From: Nemertoderma westbladi
Taxonomy: Eukaryota > Animalia > Xenacoelomorpha
DNA length: 41,694 nucleotides
Direction: 5' to 3'
Assembly (NCBI GenBank): GCA_032718475.1
Contig: JAUCBJ010000363.1
Coordinates: 1-41,694 of the forward strand
The translations under genes and the position numbers were made by a program. This document shows, piece by piece, positions 36,631-41,694 of the stretch (position 1 is the stretch's first letter; each line of letters begins with the position of its first letter). Below the pieces are notes generated by a model. It saw nothing but the letters and a program-made list of their open reading frames with translations, searched no databases and had not been told where the DNA came from.

Positions 36631-37803
36631 TCTTTATGTAACGCCAAAGTATATGTAACGGGTTGCGTCTTAATGTAACGCCAAAGTATACGTAACGGGT
36701 GGCGTCTTTATGTAACGCCAAAGTATACGTAATGGGTGGCATCTTTATGTAACGCCAAAGTATACATAACAGGTGGCGTCTTTATGTAACGCCAAAGTTT
36801 ATGTAACGGGTGGTGTCCTTATGTAACGCCAAAGTATACGTAATGGGTGGTGTCTTTATGTAACGCCAAAGTATACATAATGGGTGGTGTCCTTATGTAA
36901 CGCCAAAGTATACGTAACGGGTGGCGTCTTTATGTAACGCCAAAGTATACGTAATGGGTGGTGTCTTTATGTAACGCCAAAGTATACGTAACGGGTGGCG
37001 TCTTTATGTAACGCCAAAGTATACGTAATGGGTGGCATCTTTATGTAACGCCAAAGTATACGTAACAGGTGGCGTCTTTATGTAACGCCAAAGTTTATGT
37101 AACGGGTGGTGTCCTTATGTAACGCCAAAGTATACGTAATAGGTGGTGTCTTTATGTAACGCCAAAGTATACATAATGGGTGGTGTCCTTATGTAACGCC
37201 AAAGTATACGTAATGGGTGGTGTCTTTATGTAACGCCAAAGTATACGTAACGGGTGGTGTCTTTATGTAACGCCAAAGTATACGTAATGGGTGGTGTCTT
37301 TATGTAACGCCAAAGTATACGTAACGGGTAACGCCAACGTATACGTAACAGGTGGCGTCTTTATGTAATGCCAAAGTTTATGTAACGGGTGGTGTCCTTA
37401 TGTAACGCCAAAGTATACGTAATGGGTGGTGTCTTTATGTAACGCCAAAGTATACATAATGGGTGGTGTCCTTATGTAACGCCAAAGTATACGTAACGGG
37501 TGGCGTCTTTATGTAACGCCAAAGTATACGTAATGGGTGGTGTCTTTATGTAACGCCAAAGTATACGTAACGGGTGGCGTCTTTATGTAACGCCAAAGTA
37601 TACATAATGGGTGGTGTCCTTATGTAACGCCAAAGTATACGTAATGGGTGGTGTCTTTATGTAACGCCAAAGTATACGTAAAGGGTGGTGTCTTTACGTA
37701 ACGCCAAAGTATACGTAACGGGTGGTGTCTTTATGTAACGCCAAAGTATACGTAACGGGTGGTGTTTTTATGAAATGCCAAAGTATACGTAACTGGTGGT
37801 GTC
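36626..37803. repeat. 37-bp minisatellite, about 32 units
   Basis: Consensus ggcgtctttatgtaacgccaaagtatacgtaacgggt; period 37 (36638 to 36675). Confidence 0.97.
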
Positions 37804-38241
37804 TGCTATCTTCCTTTAGCAGTATTTGTATGATAATTCTCGTGTACCTCTCAACCATAAATTAATGTTTAATAACTACCTAGAATATTACGCCGGAACC
37901 TCAAAGAAAAAAAAGGATACTTTCTTAACATATTTTAATCCGGGTATCAAGCTGTGCGCAAAATGATTTAATTCTTCAGTAGTTACTTTTTTCACCCGAT
38001 ATACCCCATAATAAGGGAGAAAATTTAAGCGAAAAAGTAACCCAAGGATTACGATTGCATTAATTTTACTTTTTCCCGGTAAAAATTGTACTATAAGAAA
38101 ATGTGAAAATATTTTTGGTCGGAATTCCATATATTCTATTCCATGTATTGAAAGAGCATCGAAGTAGAAAAGGTTTGCAAGAAATTTGAACAAAATTCAA
38201 GCAGAGTAGTAGTACATACAGTAGTAACATTACAGTTAGTA

Positions 38242-38786
38242 CAGACCCCTATGACCCCGTAAGAAGTTTATATATGACCGAGCTACCCCACATAGATGTT
38301 TAGTACTGATGTGGGACATATCCCTTTTGGGTAGACTTCACTCGTATGGGTAGACTTCATCCGTTTGGGTAGACTTCACCAAACGGTTGCGTTGGTTATT
38401 TAGAGGGTCTGTAAACATAGAAACGGAGTAAATTACCATAGCAACAACTCTTATAGTATATTTTACCAATACAGCTAATATTGAAGGTCGTTTTCACTTG
38501 GTTGCTATGGTATTTTCAAAAAACTAAATATGCAATTAAATTCTTCAAAACCAAAAATAGTACACTTCCATAAATTTTAACTCGTCGTATCTTCTATAAA
38601 GGTTGTTGATATGGTAATTTCCTCGGTTACTAAGTTTATGTCATTAAGACCCACTAAAAAAAATCAGCGCAACCGTTTGGTGAAGTCTACACAATTTTGT
38701 TTATATGTCCCATATCTGTATTAAACATATATGTGGGGTAGCTCCGTCATATAAAAAATTCCTACGGGGTCATAGGTTGCAGCCTG
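38242..38786. mobile_element. MITE with long imperfect TIRs, TA-flanked (Tc1/mariner-like)
   Basis: cctatgaccccgta...agctaccccacata...gtagacttcaccaaacggttgcg is mirrored by cgcaaccgtttggtgaagtctac...tatgtggggtagct...tacggggtcatagg. Outer ends ta|cag...ctg|ta. Superfamily call is tentative. Confidence 0.8.
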
Positions 38787-39422
38787 TAGTAACTCTCGAC
38801 ACTTTATTAACCTCGCCGGCGCTCGGTAAATAAAATACCACAAGAAGAGTAAAAAAAAGATCTAGGGCGAACGTTCTAAAGTTGCAAAATAATACATAAA
38901 CTGTTACCGGAAATTACAGTAGAAAAATTAGCCTTTCTAGAAAAAAAAAGGTCGCCCTTCAGGTTGACAAGGTATCGGTATAATGACTCAGTTAATTAAA
39001 TTCTAGAAAAAAAAGTAAGACAATATTGGTGGGTGAATCTATATCGTAGGTAGTATTATAATCAGTACAATATAATGAAAGAAATGGATAGATTATTCGC
39101 CGATACCGCAGAACCAATGGGTTCGGCGCAGACAGACCCTAGCAGTCCCAAACGGAGGCATCCGGCCAAGTCAACCACCCACTCGGAATTTGGAATACAA
39201 TTTTATTCAAATTATTCAAAAACAACAACTTCGTGGAACGTAGATTTTGGAATAAATACCCGGTTCCAGATTACAACAGAGGAGAAACCGAAAGTCAACA
39301 GCGGAGAGAAGGAACCACGTAACCTATTCCTGGGTAATCACTGCAGTGTTGGGCCAATCATTTTTTTCTAACTAAAAGGTTATTAATAAAAAATAATTTT
39401 GACACTTCATTTTGAGGGCATT

Positions 39423-39904
39423 CCGGTATGTTTCGGTATTAGTGTGCCACGTCGTAACCGCTGACCAACCGGTATGTTTCGGTACTAGTTCGCCACATCG
39501 TAACCGCTGACCAACCGGTATGTTTCGGTACTAGTTCGCCACGTCGTAACCGCTGACCAACCGGTATGTTTCGGTACTAGTTCGCCACGTCGTAACCGCT
39601 GACCAACCGGTATGTTTCGGTAATAGTTCGCCACGTCGAAACCGCTGACCAACCGGTATGTTTCGGTAGTAGTACAGTAGTTCGCCACATCGTAACCGCT
39701 GGCCAACCGGTATGTTTCGGTACCGGTACTAGTTCGCCACATCGTAACCGCTGGCCAACCGGTATGTTTCGGTACTAGTTCGCCACGTCGAAACCGCTGA
39801 CCAACCGGTATGTTTCGGTAGTAGTACAGTAGTTCGCCACATCGTAACCGCTGGCCAACCGGTATGTTTCGGTACTAGTTCGCCACGTCGAAACCGCTGA
39901 CCAA
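39423..39904. repeat. 46-bp minisatellite, about 10 units, distinct from the large satellite
   Basis: Consensus ccggtatgtttcggtactagttcgccacgtcgtaaccgctgaccaa; some units carry short insertions (gtagtaca, ccggta). Confidence 0.96.
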
Positions 39905-40310
39905 TTTTTTTTACTATCAAATTTTTAAACATTTTTGAGGTAGAAATACTAGCTAGTACTTATCTTGTATCTTAGTTCAATCTGAGTAATTTTAGGTAGC
40001 TAGTGTTTAGATAGCTAGTAAATTTTTACTAGCTAGTAAAAATACTTTTTTTATTCAAAAGTTTTATTTAGGCCTAATTAGATTTACATATTTGATTTTC
40101 AGATAGCTAGTATTTTTGCTAGCTAGCTAGATTTATTTAGATAGTAAAAATAGAGATGTGAGGTGTCGGTTATATAATGCGTCGCTCCGAATAGCTGACA
40201 CACTCAGCAGACATCTACTGTACTCGTGTTGTTATTCTTCAATAATGGTGGTATAAAGTCAAACGTTAATGGCCCGGCACTAAAGTAACTCCCTTTTAGA
40301 CCAACACGAC

Positions 40311-40499
40311 ATGGAGATTCAGTCTACCGTAGGTTGGAACGGCATGTTTCTTAGGAACGCGAAACTAATCACCATTCTAATAGCACTTCTAGCAATTCTT
40401 ATCTTACTTTACTACAGTTGCTACACATCACCGGCGCCAAAACTAGAAGAATCTTGGTATAGAAGGGTAACTAAGAAACTTGGGTTCAAACAATACTAA
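40311..40499 (+). CDS. Hypothetical 62-aa single-pass membrane peptide
   Basis: ATG-initiated ORF with a strongly hydrophobic stretch (LITILIALLAILILLYY) and a basic tail. No recognised homology. Confidence 0.2.
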   Translation: MEIQSTVGWNGMFLRNAKLITILIALLAILILLYYSCYTSPAPKLEESWYRRVTKKLGFKQY

Positions 40500-40573
40500 G
40501 TTATACCTCCCGAAAGTAGAACTGTGTAGTAATTAGAAGCTAAGAAACTTGGGTTCAAACAATACTAAGTTAT
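40472..40573. repeat. 33-bp direct duplication
   Basis: taagaaacttgggttcaaacaatactaagttat at 40472-40504 and 40541-40573. Confidence 0.9.
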
Positions 40574-40598
40574 TTTAAAATTTACCAAATAATTAAAA

Positions 40599-41648
40599 TT
40601 TAAAAATTACCTCTCAGACCGCAAACAGAAAGTTAAAATCGGAAACATTTCTTCGACATATTAGACCGAAAAAAGGGGTGTCCCTCAAGGTACCCTAATG
40701 GGGCCTTTAATGTACACACTCTATACTAACACTATGCCATCTCTAGTAACTAAAAATACGTCCATGGTACAATACGCTGACGACACAGCCATATATATAT
40801 CAGGAAAAGATCCGGTCTACTTAGCAAGCGAATTAAAAAACATCATACATAATATTTCAAACATTTTCCAGGCATACAGTCTTCAAGTTAATCCAGATAA
40901 AACAGAACTTTTACTTCTACATCCACATAAAAATATAGACAATAATATTCCACAAATAAAAATTAAATTAAACGAAGAATGTATAATAGAACAATCGACT
41001 AGCGTACGATATTTAGGTATAAAAATAGACAATAAACTAGAATGGAAAGAGCAGATTGATTCAGTTATTAGTAAAATGGGTATGGCAATTTCGGGTCTAA
41101 GAAAAATTAAAGGGCAATTACCACTAAAAACGAAAATTACTTTATATAAAGCATTGGTTTTACCATACCATAATTATTGTTGCCAGCTGCTGTTATCTTT
41201 ACACAACGAATATGGACACAAAAAAATACTGTACCGTTTGGAAAAAATGCAGAACTTAGCACTACGTTGCATATTTAGCAAAAAACCAAAAGATTGTTCT
41301 GCTACCGAACTTCGCACAAAAGCTAAAATTCCAACTCTTTATGCATCTCGCGAATACTACGGCATCACCTTTTTACACAAATATTTACTAGGAATAGCAG
41401 AACCATTCAAACATCTCGACCTACCATTCTTAAAAAATGAAAACAAACAAATAAACCCACGAACATTTAAAATCAAAATGCCAAAAACTAAAAATTATTA
41501 CGGTCATACATCATTAACATATAAATTAATACAAATGTGGAATGAACTACCACAGGCAGTAACTTCCCAATACCAACACTTGAAAGAATTTAATGCAACC
41601 CTAAAAAAACATTACCTAACTCAGTACCACCGGGATGATACAACATAA
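40599..41648 (+). mobile_element. 5'-truncated CR1/L2-group LINE reverse transcriptase
   Basis: FKNYLSDRKQKVKIG...*...RGVPQGTLMGPLMYTLYTN, QYADDTAIY, LQVNPDKTELL, VRYLGIKID, LYKALVLP. In-frame TAG at 40662-40664 upstream of the annotated ORF. Confidence 0.92.
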
Positions 41649-41694
41649 CGCAAAAAACAATTACCTTTTTTTCATAGCATCTCGTAAATTGTGT

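Noticed and set aside
39423-39904. Homology between this 46-mer and the large 46-bp satellite
   Set aside because: Same period but not alignable by eye beyond a short accgg core.
39485-39932. Repetitive minus-strand ORFs
   Set aside because: Translations of the 46-bp minisatellite.
35224-41648. Reverse transcriptases as a retron, DGR or repeat-linked RT system
   Set aside because: Both are truncated, mutated eukaryotic LINE fragments with no sequence link to the donor arrays.

Overview
Repeat-rich eukaryotic, probably invertebrate, genomic DNA. The only clear host gene is a spliced minus-strand RBM25-like splicing factor, with a Met/Pro/Gln/Gly-rich N-terminus and an RRM split over three exons. 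Coding exons lie at about 30359-30167, 29715-29516, 29067-28932 and 2659-2517; the expected Glu/Arg-rich region and PWI domain are not seen in the window. Its 26.3-kb third intron is mostly a 24.7-kb, 46-bp satellite (about 540 units). The unit is a copy of the gene's own exon 3/intron junction: 38 nt of coding sequence plus the donor CCG|GTAAGT. The next exon ends in a second, unrelated 45-bp array (about 39 units) that starts at a candidate donor, GAG|GTTAGT. Two consecutive splice junctions of a U1-associated splice-site-selection factor therefore appear amplified into donor arrays; any function is inference. The rest is transposon debris: CRE-like, RTE-like and CR1/L2-like non-LTR fragments, a hAT MITE with an 8-bp TSD nested in a foldback palindrome, a TA-flanked MITE, and further minisatellites (37, 46, 62, 68 bp). 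Family calls come from motif recognition by eye, not database searches, and copy numbers are length divided by period.
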